Shown here in pieces: positions 1-9,716 of a stretch of DNA of 64,000 nucleotides. Origin of the DNA: Dehalococcoidia bacterium (lineage in GTDB: Bacteria; Chloroflexota; Dehalococcoidia; Bin125); contig OZ244557.1 of NCBI GenBank assembly GCA_965217625.1, positions 1,469,827 through 1,533,826 on the forward strand, written 5' to 3'. Below the pieces are notes generated by a model. That model was not told the origin of the DNA, searched no databases, and saw only the letters and a program-made list of their open reading frames with translations. Each line of letters opens with the position of its first letter. The stretch's first letter is position 1. Both the position numbers and the translations under genes were made by a program.

Positions 1-609
1 GTGGCGCAGCATGATGCGCAGGTTGGTGGCGCCGATGGTTTGGGCGGCGATGACGTACTCCCGCTCCCGCAGGGCCAGGGTCTCGCCGCGGACGATCCGC
101 GCCCAGGTCGCCCAGAGCCCGAAGACGAGCACGATGACGACGTTGGTCAGACTCGGGCCCCAGATCGCGGCCAGGAAGACGGCCACGAGGATGCCCGGCA
201 GCGCGAGCTGGTAGTCCACCATCGCCCCGATGGCGCGGCCGGTCCAGCCGCCGAACCAGCCGGCCAGCAGGCCCAGGAAGGTCCCGATCAGGGTCGCGAT
301 GGGAATGATGAGCACGATGGCGACCAGGGAGATGCGGGCGCCATGCATCAGGCGGCTGAGGTAGTCACGGCCGAAATGGTCCGTCCCCAGGGGATGATCC
401 CAGCCGCCGCCGTCGAAGACGGGGGGTTGGATCCGCCCGACGAGGTCCTGGGCGTAGGGATCCTGGGGGGCGAGGGCGGGACCGAAGACGCCGAGAAAGA
501 CGAAGCCCAGGAGCATGCCGAGCGTCACCGCGAGCGTCTTGGGCGAGCGCACGTGGAAGCGGCGACGGCGGCTCGGGACCTCGGCCAGGAGGGGGACGTC
601 GACGGCCAC
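1..609 (-). CDS. ABC transporter permease, DppC/OppC-like (N-terminal part; C-terminus runs off the window edge)
   Basis: Reverse-strand translation gives VAVDVPLLAEVPSRRRRFHVRSPKTLAVTLGMLLGFVFLGVFGPALAPQDPYAQDL...DYQLALPGILVAVFLAAIWGPSLTNVVIVLVFGLWATWARIVRGETLALREREYVIAAQTIGA. This is a typical binding-protein-dependent transport permease with an EAA-loop region. GTG start at 609, just downstream of the DppB stop. Confidence 0.75.
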   Translation of the reverse strand, partial: MAVDVPLLAEVPSRRRRFHVRSPKTLAVTLGMLLGFVFLGVFGPALAPQDPYAQDLVGRIQPPVFDGGGWDHPLGTDHFGRDYLSRLMHGARISLVAIVLIIPIATLIGTFLGLLAGWFGGWTGRAIGAMVDYQLALPGILVAVFLAAIWGPSLTNVVIVLVFGLWATWARIVRGETLALREREYVIAAQTIGATNLRIMLRH

Positions 610-612
610 GGC

Positions 613-1548
613 TCAGTTCACTCCCGTCCGGATGCGGGGGTCGAGGAAGGTGTAGGAGACGTCGACCACGAAGTTGACGAAGATGATCCAGGTGGAGGTC
701 ATGATCACGGCCGCCTGCACGACCGGGTAGTCGATCGCCTTGATCGACTGAATGATCAGGAACCCCAGCCCGGGCCAGGCGAAGACCGTCTCCACGATGA
801 CCGAGCCGGAGAGGATGTAGCCGACCTGCAAACCGAGCAGGGTGACGACGGCCAGCATGGAGTTGCGCAGCGCGTGCTTGCGGACGACGACGCGCTCGCG
901 GAGCCCCTTGGCGCGCGCAGTGCGGATGTAGTCCTGCTGCAGCGTGTCCAGCATGGAGGAGCGGGTGAAGCGCATGACCGCGGCGGCCGGGAATGATCCC
1001 AGCGTGATCGCGGGCAGGATGATGCTGGACACGCCCGACCGGCCACCCGTGGGCAAGAAGTCGAAGTTCACCGCCAGGAAGAGGATCAGCATCAGGCCCA
1101 GCCAGAAGTTAGGCACCGCCTGTCCCAGCAGCGCGAACAGCCGCGCGATCACATCGACGCCGCCGCCGCGGCGCACCGCGGCGAGGACGCCCAAGGGGAC
1201 GCCCACGGCGAAGGCGAAGCCGAGCGCCGCGACGCCCAACAGGACGGTGGCGACGATGCGCTCTTTGACCACGGTGGAGGCGGGGACGTGGGCGCGGAAG
1301 GAGGTGCCGAAGTCGAACTGGGCGGTGTCGCTCAGGAAGCGGCCGTACTGCACGATCAGCGGATCGTTCAGGCCGAGCTGGTCCTTGAACTTCTCGATCT
1401 GCTCGGCGGTCGTCTCGATCGGCGCCAGATAGCTGATCGGGTCGCCGGTGGCCCGGCTGAGGATGAAGACGCTCGTCACGACCAGGAACACGACCGCGAC
1501 GCCGCGAATGAACCGCGCGACCGCGGCGTAGGCCAGCTGAGTGTTCAT
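613..1548 (-). CDS. ABC transporter permease, DppB/OppB-like
   Basis: 311-aa ORF with 6 predicted TM segments, the RTARAKGL EAA motif and a C-terminal DPRIR tail. Paralogous to 6488..7423 and 12654..13613. Confidence 0.9.
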   Translation of the reverse strand: MNTQLAYAAVARFIRGVAVVFLVVTSVFILSRATGDPISYLAPIETTAEQIEKFKDQLGLNDPLIVQYGRFLSDTAQFDFGTSFRAHVPASTVVKERIVATVLLGVAALGFAFAVGVPLGVLAAVRRGGGVDVIARLFALLGQAVPNFWLGLMLILFLAVNFDFLPTGGRSGVSSIILPAITLGSFPAAAVMRFTRSSMLDTLQQDYIRTARAKGLRERVVVRKHALRNSMLAVVTLLGLQVGYILSGSVIVETVFAWPGLGFLIIQSIKAIDYPVVQAAVIMTSTWIIFVNFVVDVSYTFLDPRIRTGVN

Positions 1549-1696
1549 CCCGGCGTCGACCCCTCCGGTACTTCGGCCTCACCTAGGCAGCAGGCTAGCG
1601 GCGGCGTGTGGCCCCTGGCAATCGGGGCATCAAACGACCCCCGGGGCCGCCATGTCCATGGCGACCCCGGGGGGACGGTTCACAAGCCGCAGACTC

Positions 1697-3742
1697 CTAG
1701 GTGTTCACCGCGAGGTACCGAGGATTGAGTGACGGGTCCGCGTTGAGCCAGCCCTGGTAGGTAATGTCTTTCCGCGCTCCGTGCTCGTGCGAGAGGTTGA
1801 ACAGCGGGATGTTGTACGCCCCCTCGTAGTGGATCACCGCCGCGTCCCAGTAGATGTCGTCGCGCTTCTGCGGATCGAACTCCTGGTTCCCCTGGTCGAT
1901 CAGCGCCTGGAAGTCCAAGAACCCCGGTATGAAGTCGTCGTCCGCATTCGTGTGCGTGTACGGGTTGTCGATCGCCCCGATCAGGGTCCAGGCGAAGCCG
2001 GCGCCCGCCGGCGACCCGAGCTCCGTCGCCCCGTTCTGACTCATCAGGAAGGGCCAGGGCACCGTGTGGTCGCGAACATCGGCCAGGGCGCCGCCCAAGT
2101 CGATGTAGTCCGTTTCCACGTCGAATCCCACGTCGTTCAGCATCTGCTGGATGGACGGCACCCAGCGTTCCTCGCCCCAGATCCCGGTGGCGATGTGCAA
2201 TCGGAACTGGAAGCCGACCTGGCCCGCCTCCTCGAGCAAGGCGCGCGCCTTATCCGGATCGTAGCCGCGGAGGCCGGAGGGGCCGAGCGGCAAGGGGTAG
2301 CCAGAGGGGAATGGCGAGACGGCCGGCAACTCCAGGCCGGTCAGCAGGTTGTCGATGATCGCCTTCCGGTCGATGGCGTAGTTGGCCGCCTCCCGCACGC
2401 GCTTGTCGCGCCAGGGGTTCGGGCCGCCCGTGATCGGGTCGACGGACGCGTTGAGCGGCAGCTCCAGCCCCATGACGCGCAGGCCCGAAATGGTGAGCAC
2501 GTGGTGGTCGTCCGAATCCGCGAACAGCGCGGCGCCGTCCGGGCCGAGGCGATCGGCGACGTCGATCTCCCCCGCCTCCAGGGCGGCGATACGGGTCGAC
2601 TCCTCCGGGAAGTAGCGGGCGGTGACCGTCTTGGCCCAGTTTCCGTACTTATCGTGCGGGCCGGTGTCGGAGGGGTTGGGCTGGAAGAACCAGTCGTCCC
2701 AGCGCTCGCTGACCATCTCCTGGTCCGGCGTGAAGGAGACGAACGTATACGGGCCCGTGCCGACCGGGTTGCGGGCGAAGAACTCGTCACCGTTGTCCAC
2801 GATGTAGTCCCGAGGCGTCACCGCGGTGTTGGCGCCGCCCAGCTGCTCCGACATGTTGACGCTGGGCGGGTCCATGCCCACGCGAAGCGTGAGGTCGTCC
2901 ACCACCTGCAGGTCGTCGATAAAGGCGATGCGCGCGCGGATACCGCTCACGTAGTCCGGGTTGTACTCGGCGATACCCAGGTTGCGCTCGTAGAACCACT
3001 TCAGGCGCTCGGCGTCCAACGGCTCGCCGTTGTGGAAGGTGACGCCGGGCTGCAGCGTGAGCAGGGCGGCCGTGTTTTGGTCCACGAACTCCCAGTCCGA
3101 GTAGCCGCCGCTCGCTATGAACTGACGGCCCTTGTCCATGGCGAAGATCGGGTCGAAATGCAGGCCGTTGGTGACGGCGGCGCCGCCCTGGTCGGTATTG
3201 TGGTCCAGTGAGGCCGGCCAGGAGGCGTAGCCGATCCGCAGCGGGGCCTCCGTGTCGAAGCGGCTGACCATGGGGGCCGCGTCTTCCTCGTCGGCCATGG
3301 TGGCGGCGTCGGCGGCCTCGCGGGCGGCCTGGGCCGCGTCCTCGGCGGCCGCGGCGGCGGCGGCGGCGGCGTCCGCGGCGGCTTGCGCCTGATCGGCGCC
3401 CGCCTCGCGGGCCGCTTCCGCGGCAGCGGTGGCCGCAGCAGCCGCAGCCTCGGCCACCGCGGCGGCGCCGGCATCCCCGGCGGCGGCAGCCGCAGCGGCA
3501 GCCGCTTCCGCGGCGGCGGCGGCGCGTTCGGCCGCGGCGGCGGCGGCGCTGGAGTCGCCGGCGGCGGCGGCGGCCTCCGCGGCAGCCGCGTCGCCCGCGC
3601 CCCCGTCGTCATCGTCGTCGCCGCCGCAGCCGACCAAGGCCAGCCCGGCGGCGCCAACGCCAGCCTTCGCGCTGGCTCCCAACATCGTGCGACGGCTGAT
3701 CTTGTGGTGTCGCAGTCTCGTCCAATAGTTCGGCGTGCTCAT
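1697..3742 (-). CDS. ABC transporter substrate-binding lipoprotein (family 5, DppA/OppA-like) with a long Ala/Glu-rich linker (SBP1)
   Basis: Start MSTPNYWTRLRHHKISRRTMLGASAKAGVGAAGLALVGCGG is a Tat-like RR motif plus an LVGC lipobox. Then about 150 aa of A/E/D low complexity, followed by an SBP_bac_5-like domain. AGGAAGGAA SD upstream of the ATG at 3742. Confidence 0.85.
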   Translation of the reverse strand: MSTPNYWTRLRHHKISRRTMLGASAKAGVGAAGLALVGCGGDDDDDGGAGDAAAAEAAAAAGDSSAAAAAAERAAAAAEAAAAAAAAAGDAGAAAVAEAAAAAATAAAEAAREAGADQAQAAADAAAAAAAAAEDAAQAAREAADAATMADEEDAAPMVSRFDTEAPLRIGYASWPASLDHNTDQGGAAVTNGLHFDPIFAMDKGRQFIASGGYSDWEFVDQNTAALLTLQPGVTFHNGEPLDAERLKWFYERNLGIAEYNPDYVSGIRARIAFIDDLQVVDDLTLRVGMDPPSVNMSEQLGGANTAVTPRDYIVDNGDEFFARNPVGTGPYTFVSFTPDQEMVSERWDDWFFQPNPSDTGPHDKYGNWAKTVTARYFPEESTRIAALEAGEIDVADRLGPDGAALFADSDDHHVLTISGLRVMGLELPLNASVDPITGGPNPWRDKRVREAANYAIDRKAIIDNLLTGLELPAVSPFPSGYPLPLGPSGLRGYDPDKARALLEEAGQVGFQFRLHIATGIWGEERWVPSIQQMLNDVGFDVETDYIDLGGALADVRDHTVPWPFLMSQNGATELGSPAGAGFAWTLIGAIDNPYTHTNADDDFIPGFLDFQALIDQGNQEFDPQKRDDIYWDAAVIHYEGAYNIPLFNLSHEHGARKDITYQGWLNADPSLNPRYLAVNT

Positions 3743-3908
3743 GGTCAGTTCCTTCCTGAATACCGGCTGTCCCCTTGTGGGACCGCTCGGTGCAAGAGCG
3801 CGGACAGTATGACACATTTTCGGAGAATCGTCCCTGCCCCCCACCCAGAGTGATGTCTCCTAGTGGAGAAGAGCGATCACGGAGGTCGTCGGTGTCGGGC
3901 GCCGGGCC

Positions 3909-5486
3909 CTACGGGCGGACGCCCACCTTGGCCTTCGGGCCCAATTGGCTGCGCACGGCCTCGTAGGCCAGTTCCAGGAAGCGATGCACGTACGACCGCG
4001 TCTGGCGCGGGTCGATGATGTCCTCAATGCCGAAGGCCTCGGCGGTGCGGAACGGGTTGCGGAACTGCAGCAGGTGCGTCTCGATCTCTTTGCGCCGCGC
4101 GTCGGGGTCGGGCGCGGCCTCGATCTCGCGCTTGTAGGCCGCCGCGACGCCGCCCTCTATCGGGATCGAGCCCCAGTCGCCCGCCGGCCAGCCCACGCGG
4201 TAGTTGATCCGGCCGACGTTGGCCGTCGCCTGCCCGGCCATGCCGAAGTTCTTGCGCGTGATCACGGTGAAGACGGGCACCGTGGCGAGATAGGTCGCCC
4301 AGTAGGCGCGCATCCCGTGGCGCAGCGTGCCGGTGCGTTCCGCTTGCGGGCCGAGCATGAAGCCTGGCACGTCGGCCAGAAAGACGATGGGGATGTGGAA
4401 GTGGTCGCACAATTCGACGAAGTGACCCTGTTTGCCGGCCGAGTCGGCCGACATCGCGCCCGCGAGCACGTAGGGGTTGTTGGCGACGATGCCCACGGGG
4501 TAGCCACCGACGCGCGCGAGAAGCGTGTGGACGGAGGCGCCGAACTCCGGCTTGATCTCGAAGAACTCGCCGTCGTCGACGATCAGCTCCACCACCCGCC
4601 GCATGTTGTAGGCCCGCGTCCGCTTCCGTGGGACGATCGAGAGCAACTCCTGCTCTTCGCGATCGGGCGGGTCACTGCTGGGGCGCACCGGCGGCTGCTC
4701 GTAGACGTTGCTCGGCATGTAGGAGAGGAAGGTCTTCATCTGACGCAGCGCGTCCAGCTCGTCACTGGCGCGGTTGTCGAGCGCCCCGGAGGTCCCGATG
4801 TGGATGTCGGGGCCACCGAGCTCCTCCTTCGTCACCTTGTGTCCGAGTGCCCGCTCGACCACCGGCGGACCGGCGGCGAAGAGCGATCCTTCGGGCGTCA
4901 TCACCGTGAAGTGTCCCAACACGGCCGCGGCCGCGGCGCCGCCCGCGGCCGGGCCGGGGACCGAGTAGACCAGCGGCACCTCCTGGCCGGCGAGGATGGC
5001 GTGTCCGAAGGCATCGAACGAGCTCGGCAGATGGCCATGGCCGTCTCCCTCGGCGGCGACGTTGGCGGCCGCGCTCTCGATGAAGTGGATCAGCGGCACC
5101 CGGTACTCCCGCGCCATGTCCTCGAAGAAGTGACTCTTCGAGCGTTCCTGGCCGCTGATGTCGGCGGCCCCCCCGGAGACCGTGAAATCCGACCCCGACA
5201 CCACGACGCGGCGGCCGTCGACCTTGGCCAGCCCGCCCACGTGGGCCACGGGCGTGAAGTCGACGAATTGCCCCTGCTCGTACGTGCCCTGGCCCGCCAG
5301 GCTGCCGACCTCGTGGAAGCTGCCGGGGTCGGCGATCGCGTCGATGCGCTCCCGGATCGTCAGCTTCCCCCGTGCGTGCTGCCGGGCGACGCGTTCCTCA
5401 CCGCCGAGCTTGAGCGCCAGGCGGCGGCGCATATTGAGTTCATCGACCTCGGGCTGCCAGTCGCGGGGCTGCTGCGGTTGGGGCAT
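3909..5486 (-). CDS. Acyl-CoA carboxylase carboxyltransferase (beta) subunit, PccB/AccD-like (CT1)
   Basis: Carboxyl_trans family. Diagnostic segments VDELNMRRRLALKLGGEERVARQHARGKLTIRERIDAI and PGFMLGPQAERTGTLRHG. Start at MPQPQQPRDW (5486). Confidence 0.85.
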   Translation of the reverse strand: MPQPQQPRDWQPEVDELNMRRRLALKLGGEERVARQHARGKLTIRERIDAIADPGSFHEVGSLAGQGTYEQGQFVDFTPVAHVGGLAKVDGRRVVVSGSDFTVSGGAADISGQERSKSHFFEDMAREYRVPLIHFIESAAANVAAEGDGHGHLPSSFDAFGHAILAGQEVPLVYSVPGPAAGGAAAAAVLGHFTVMTPEGSLFAAGPPVVERALGHKVTKEELGGPDIHIGTSGALDNRASDELDALRQMKTFLSYMPSNVYEQPPVRPSSDPPDREEQELLSIVPRKRTRAYNMRRVVELIVDDGEFFEIKPEFGASVHTLLARVGGYPVGIVANNPYVLAGAMSADSAGKQGHFVELCDHFHIPIVFLADVPGFMLGPQAERTGTLRHGMRAYWATYLATVPVFTVITRKNFGMAGQATANVGRINYRVGWPAGDWGSIPIEGGVAAAYKREIEAAPDPDARRKEIETHLLQFRNPFRTAEAFGIEDIIDPRQTRSYVHRFLELAYEAVRSQLGPKAKVGVRP

Positions 5487-5600
5487 CGGGGGCTCGTTTC
5501 GATCATGCGTCGGGCGGGGTGGGATCATCCGTGCCGGCGCCGTACCCGCCGGGCCGGGGCCCATCCGATGCTACACACGGGAGCGCTGTGGGCGCACGAC

Positions 5601-6491
5601 TCAGCGCGAGCGGCGCAGGCGCGGATCGAGGAAGTCGCGCAGCCAGTCGCCCATCAGGTTGGCGACCAGCGCCAGGATGACGATCGCCAAGCCCGGGATG
5701 CCGACGAGCCAGAACTTGATCGAGAGCAGATCGCGTCCCTCGGCCACCATGGAGCCCCAGGAGGGCGTGCCGATCTCGGCGCCCACGCCCAGGAAGCTGA
5801 GCGACGCCTCGGCGATGATCACCGTGGCCAGCTGCAGCGTCGCCAGGACGATGATCGAGTTGACGAGGTTGGGCAGCACGTGGCTGCCGAGGATGCGATA
5901 CGCGGGGGCGCCGATGGTTCTGGCGGCGAGGATGTAGTCGCGCTCGCGCAGGGAGATCGTTTCCGCCCGCACGAGGCGGGCGAAGGGGGCCCAGAGGAAG
6001 ATCGTGAGGATGATGATCACGTTGCGCAGGCTGGGGCCGGTGATCGCGGCGAGCAAGACGGCGGCGAGGATGGCGGGAAAAGCGAGCTGCACGTCGACGA
6101 CGCGCATGATTCCGCGGTCGACCAGGCCCAGTCGCCAGCCGGCGAGCAGTCCCAACAGGGTTCCCAGGAGGACCGCCGCGGGGATCACGATCGCGACGAC
6201 CTTCATGGAGATGCGGGCGCCGTGGATCACGCGCGAGAACTGGTCGCGTCCCAGGGCGTCGGTGCCGAAGACGTGATTCCAATCGCCCGTCTGCCAGATG
6301 GGCCCGTGCAGCCGCTCGACGAGGTCCTGCCGGTCCGGATCGTGCGGCGAGATGACATCGGCGAAGATGCCGGCGAAGATCACGACGCCGATCACGAGCA
6401 GGTAGACGCTGAGCGTGCGCCAGCCGCGCGGCAGCCCTCGTCCTGCAGAGCGGAACTCGACGGCCCCCGCCCCCGGGCCGGCGGCGCTCAT
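5601..6491 (-). CDS. ABC transporter permease, DppC/OppC-like
   Basis: Permease with FGTDALGRDQFSRVIHGARIS and an EAA-loop region. ATGA overlap with the upstream DppB stop at 6488. Confidence 0.85.
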   Translation of the reverse strand: MSAAGPGAGAVEFRSAGRGLPRGWRTLSVYLLVIGVVIFAGIFADVISPHDPDRQDLVERLHGPIWQTGDWNHVFGTDALGRDQFSRVIHGARISMKVVAIVIPAAVLLGTLLGLLAGWRLGLVDRGIMRVVDVQLAFPAILAAVLLAAITGPSLRNVIIILTIFLWAPFARLVRAETISLRERDYILAARTIGAPAYRILGSHVLPNLVNSIIVLATLQLATVIIAEASLSFLGVGAEIGTPSWGSMVAEGRDLLSIKFWLVGIPGLAIVILALVANLMGDWLRDFLDPRLRRSR

Positions 6492-7423
6492 ACGACGCCC
6501 TCGCGCACGCGCGGATCCAGGTAGGTGTAGCTGAAGTCCACGATCACGTTGGCGATGATCACCCAGGTCGCCGTCACGACCACCGCCGCCTGGACCACCG
6601 GGAAGTCGGCGCCGCGGACGGACGACCAGATGAGCAAGCCGACGCCGGGCCAAGCGAAGACGGTCTCGATGATGATGGAGCCGGCGATCAGGTCGCCCAC
6701 GTACAGCCCCAGGATCGTGATCACCGGGAAGAGCGCGTTGCGCAGCGCGTGCCGGCGGATGACGGTGAGCTCGCGCAAGCCCTTGGCGCGCGCGGTGCGG
6801 ATGTAGTCGCTGTCGAGCACCTCCAGCATCGCGGAGCGAGTCAGGCGGACCATGCCGGCGGCGAAGAACGAGCCCAGCGTGACCGCCGGCATGATCAGGC
6901 TGCGGAAGTCCCCCTTGCCGCCGGTGGGCAGCAAGCCCAGCTCGACGGAAAAGAGGAAGATCAGCAGCAGCCCTTGCCAGAAGCTGGGCGTCGCTTGCCC
7001 GATCAGCGCGAACAACCGCCCGATCAGGTCAATCGCGCTGCCGCGTTTGATCGCGGCCAGCACGCCGATGGGCACACCCACCCCGACGGCGAAGATGAGC
7101 GCCGCGGCGGCGAGCTGCAGCGTGTTCCCGATCCGGCGGCCAACATCGTCCATCGCCGGCTGGGCGCTGCGGTGCGAGACGCCGAAGTCGAGCTGCACGG
7201 CGTTCCAGAGGAAGCGCCCGTAGCGCTCCATGATCGGGTCGTTGAGTCCCAGCCGCTCTTTGATCTCCTCGATGCCCTCGGAGGTCGCCGTGATGTCGGC
7301 GAGCAGGAAGGCCGGGTCGCCGATGGCCCGGCTCATGAAGAAGACCAGCGTGAGGACGGTGAAGAGGACGAGGATGGAGGCGAGCAGCCGCAAGGCAAGC
7401 AGCCGCAGCAGGTTTTCCCTCAT
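6488..7423 (-). CDS. ABC transporter permease, DppB/OppB-like
   Basis: 311 aa, paralog of 613..1548 (same architecture, RTARAKGLRE motif). Confidence 0.9.
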   Translation of the reverse strand: MRENLLRLLALRLLASILVLFTVLTLVFFMSRAIGDPAFLLADITATSEGIEEIKERLGLNDPIMERYGRFLWNAVQLDFGVSHRSAQPAMDDVGRRIGNTLQLAAAALIFAVGVGVPIGVLAAIKRGSAIDLIGRLFALIGQATPSFWQGLLLIFLFSVELGLLPTGGKGDFRSLIMPAVTLGSFFAAGMVRLTRSAMLEVLDSDYIRTARAKGLRELTVIRRHALRNALFPVITILGLYVGDLIAGSIIIETVFAWPGVGLLIWSSVRGADFPVVQAAVVVTATWVIIANVIVDFSYTYLDPRVREGVV

Positions 7424-7534
7424 CGTATCCTCGGCAGGGGCATCCTCAACGGGGATGTCGTGCGGGCGGCGCCCCTCCCGTTGCGGAGAGGGGGCGCCGC
7501 CCGCGTCAGGAAGCGATCAGATCGCCGACTCGCG

Positions 7535-9559
7535 CTAGACGTTCCGCTGGCGAAGGTTCCACACCTCGACGGTTGAGGGCAGGTTCGCGAACTGCGGCCA
7601 CTCCAGGTTGCCGGCCGCGACGGTTGGTTGGACGAGCTCGAAGAGGTAGATCCAGGAGGCCTGATCGTAGTGCAGGTGGGCGCCCTCGTTCAGGAGCGCA
7701 TTCTGTTTGTCCTGATCGAACTCTGCCTCGGCCTCGTCGTAGAGGGCCTCGATCTCTTCGAAGATGGGGTCCGAGAGCTCTTCGATCCGGTGCGAGAAGA
7801 CCGCGGGCGTTCGCGACGACTCGAGGACGGCGATCAGTGGGTGGTTGCCGGCCGACTGCGGCATCAGGAACGGCACGTCGGTCTTCTTCTCGCGCAGGTC
7901 GGAGAAGTACTGGGAGATCTCCTGGGTGCGAATCTCGGCCCGGATGCCGACCTCTCGCAGCATCCCCCCCACGGCCTGGAAGAACGTATCGGAGTTGGTG
8001 TAGAGGCCCGCTGGGTAGCGGATCTCGGTGTCGAAGCCGTCGCCCCAGCCGGCTTCTTCCAAGAGCGCCCGGGCGCGGTCCGGGTCGTAGCCCCAGTCCT
8101 TGTCCGCGAGGGGGCCCTGCGGGCCGTCGTTCCCGCCCTGGTCGACCGCGAGCGTGTAGGTGTGGAACTCTTGGCCCGTCATGATCTCGTTGATGATCAA
8201 GTCGACGTCGACGGCCAGGTTGGCGGCGATGCGGACCCGCCGGTCCCGCCAGGGGTTGGGGCCGCCGCCGACCGCGTTCTCCAGCAGGTGCTGCGGCAGC
8301 TGGAGGTGCAGGCCGCGCTGCGCGCGGTGGAACCAGACGACGAAGTCGTCGTCGGCTTCGAAGGGCTCGGCCAGGTCCGGGGCGATCCGGAGGGCGACGT
8401 CGATCTCGCCGGCCTCCAGGGCGAACAGCCGCGCCTGTGCCTCCGGGATGTTCGTGGCCGTCGCGTTCTTGATGTAGGGAAGCCGCTTTTCATGCGCGAA
8501 GTCGCGGCTGTTGAGGAAGTCGTCGTTGCGGGTGCTGCGGATCTCCTGGTCCGCCTCCCAGGAGAGGAACTTGAAGGCCCCGAAGCCGACGGGGTGCTGC
8601 GCGACCCCGTCGGGGCCCTGCTCCTCGGCGTGGCGTCTCGACATCATCGGCAGGCGCGTGAGAATGCTGGGGGCGCCCGAACTCGGCGGGTCCATCGCGA
8701 CCCTCGCGGTGAACTCGTCCTCGATCCTGGGCTCGCCGAAGGTCGCGAAGTCGGCCGCGCGCCCCACGAAGTTCGGGTCGCCGGCCCAACGCCCGCCCGT
8801 CCGTTCGAGGTTGAATTTGAACTCTTCGGCGGTGACGGGATCGCCGTTATGGTACATCACGCCCTGTCGGAACGTGAACAGGATGTTCGCGTTGGCGTCG
8901 ACGAACTCCCAGTCCGAGGCGCCCCCCTGCCCGGCGGAGCCATCCGCCGTACGGGCAACGGGGTTATCGAAGTGGCAGTGAATGTTGAAGGCGCTGTGTC
9001 CCCCGAACCCCGCCTGGGCCTGGGGATCGAGCGTGGACGAGAAGACGTCGTAGCCGAGCACGAGACTCGCGTCGAGGTTGTAGTCGCCGGCGGGCGCCAT
9101 CTCTTCGTCGCCCGCGGTGGCGGCGTCGGCGGCCTCGCGGGCGGCCTGGGCCGCGTCCTCGGCGGCGGCAGCGGCGGCAGCGGCGGCCTCCGCGGCCGCT
9201 TGCGCCTGGTCGGCGCCAGCCTCGCGGGCCGCTTCCGCGGCGGCGGTGGCCGCAGCAGCCGCAGCCTCGGCGACCGCGGCGGCGCCGGCATCCCCGGCGG
9301 CGGCAGCCGCAGCGGCAGCCGCTTCCGCGGCCGCGGCCGCGCGTTCGGCCGCCGCGGCGGCGGCGCTCGAGTCGCCGGCGGCGGCCGCGGCCTCCGCAGC
9401 GGCGGCGTCGCCCGCGCCCCCGTCGTCATCGTCGTCCCCGCCACAGCCGACCAAGGCCAGCCCGGCGGCGCCAACGCCGGCCTTGGCGCTGGCTCCCAAC
9501 ATCGTGCGACGGCTGATCTTGTGGTGTCGCAGGCTCGTCCAGTAGTTCGGCACGCTCAT
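7535..9559 (-). CDS. ABC transporter substrate-binding lipoprotein with Ala/Glu-rich linker (SBP2)
   Basis: The first ~160 aa are near-identical to SBP1 (MSVPNYWTSLRHHKISRRTMLGASAKAGVGAAGLALVGCGG plus A/E linker). The mature SBP_bac_5-like domain is divergent. Confidence 0.85.
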   Translation of the reverse strand: MSVPNYWTSLRHHKISRRTMLGASAKAGVGAAGLALVGCGGDDDDDGGAGDAAAAEAAAAAGDSSAAAAAAERAAAAAEAAAAAAAAAGDAGAAAVAEAAAAAATAAAEAAREAGADQAQAAAEAAAAAAAAAEDAAQAAREAADAATAGDEEMAPAGDYNLDASLVLGYDVFSSTLDPQAQAGFGGHSAFNIHCHFDNPVARTADGSAGQGGASDWEFVDANANILFTFRQGVMYHNGDPVTAEEFKFNLERTGGRWAGDPNFVGRAADFATFGEPRIEDEFTARVAMDPPSSGAPSILTRLPMMSRRHAEEQGPDGVAQHPVGFGAFKFLSWEADQEIRSTRNDDFLNSRDFAHEKRLPYIKNATATNIPEAQARLFALEAGEIDVALRIAPDLAEPFEADDDFVVWFHRAQRGLHLQLPQHLLENAVGGGPNPWRDRRVRIAANLAVDVDLIINEIMTGQEFHTYTLAVDQGGNDGPQGPLADKDWGYDPDRARALLEEAGWGDGFDTEIRYPAGLYTNSDTFFQAVGGMLREVGIRAEIRTQEISQYFSDLREKKTDVPFLMPQSAGNHPLIAVLESSRTPAVFSHRIEELSDPIFEEIEALYDEAEAEFDQDKQNALLNEGAHLHYDQASWIYLFELVQPTVAAGNLEWPQFANLPSTVEVWNLRQRNV

Positions 9560-9627
9560 GACTGAATCCTTTCGCGGGCGTATGCAGTCGTCGCCCGGGC
9601 GGGCGGCTCATCGTTCAAGGCCAGCGA

Positions 9628-9657
9628 ATCGTAATCCTGGGAACGCTATGGTGTCAA
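9628..9657 (-). promoter_or_regulatory. Candidate sigma70-type promoter for the SBP2 cassette
   Basis: On the gene strand: TTGACA, 18-nt spacer, TACGAT (TAnnnT), about 95 nt upstream of the SBP2 ATG. The same module is conserved upstream of SBP3. Confidence 0.35.
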
Positions 9658-9716
9658 CAAGGCCCGCCGATCAGGGAAGCGGCACGCGAATGGACGCGCG
9701 ACCGCCTCGCCCGGCC

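Noticed and set aside
1-996. 331-aa plus-strand ORF at the window start (and similar long plus-strand ORFs at 1781..3211, 3945..6524, 6749..7576, 7628..9565, 9885..11489, 13885..14967, 15067..16173, 16128..17900)
   Set aside because: All run antisense to well-supported minus-strand genes with clear family signatures. Their translations are Arg/Gly/Asp/Ala-rich low complexity typical of open wrong frames in 70% GC DNA, with no SD sites or family matches.
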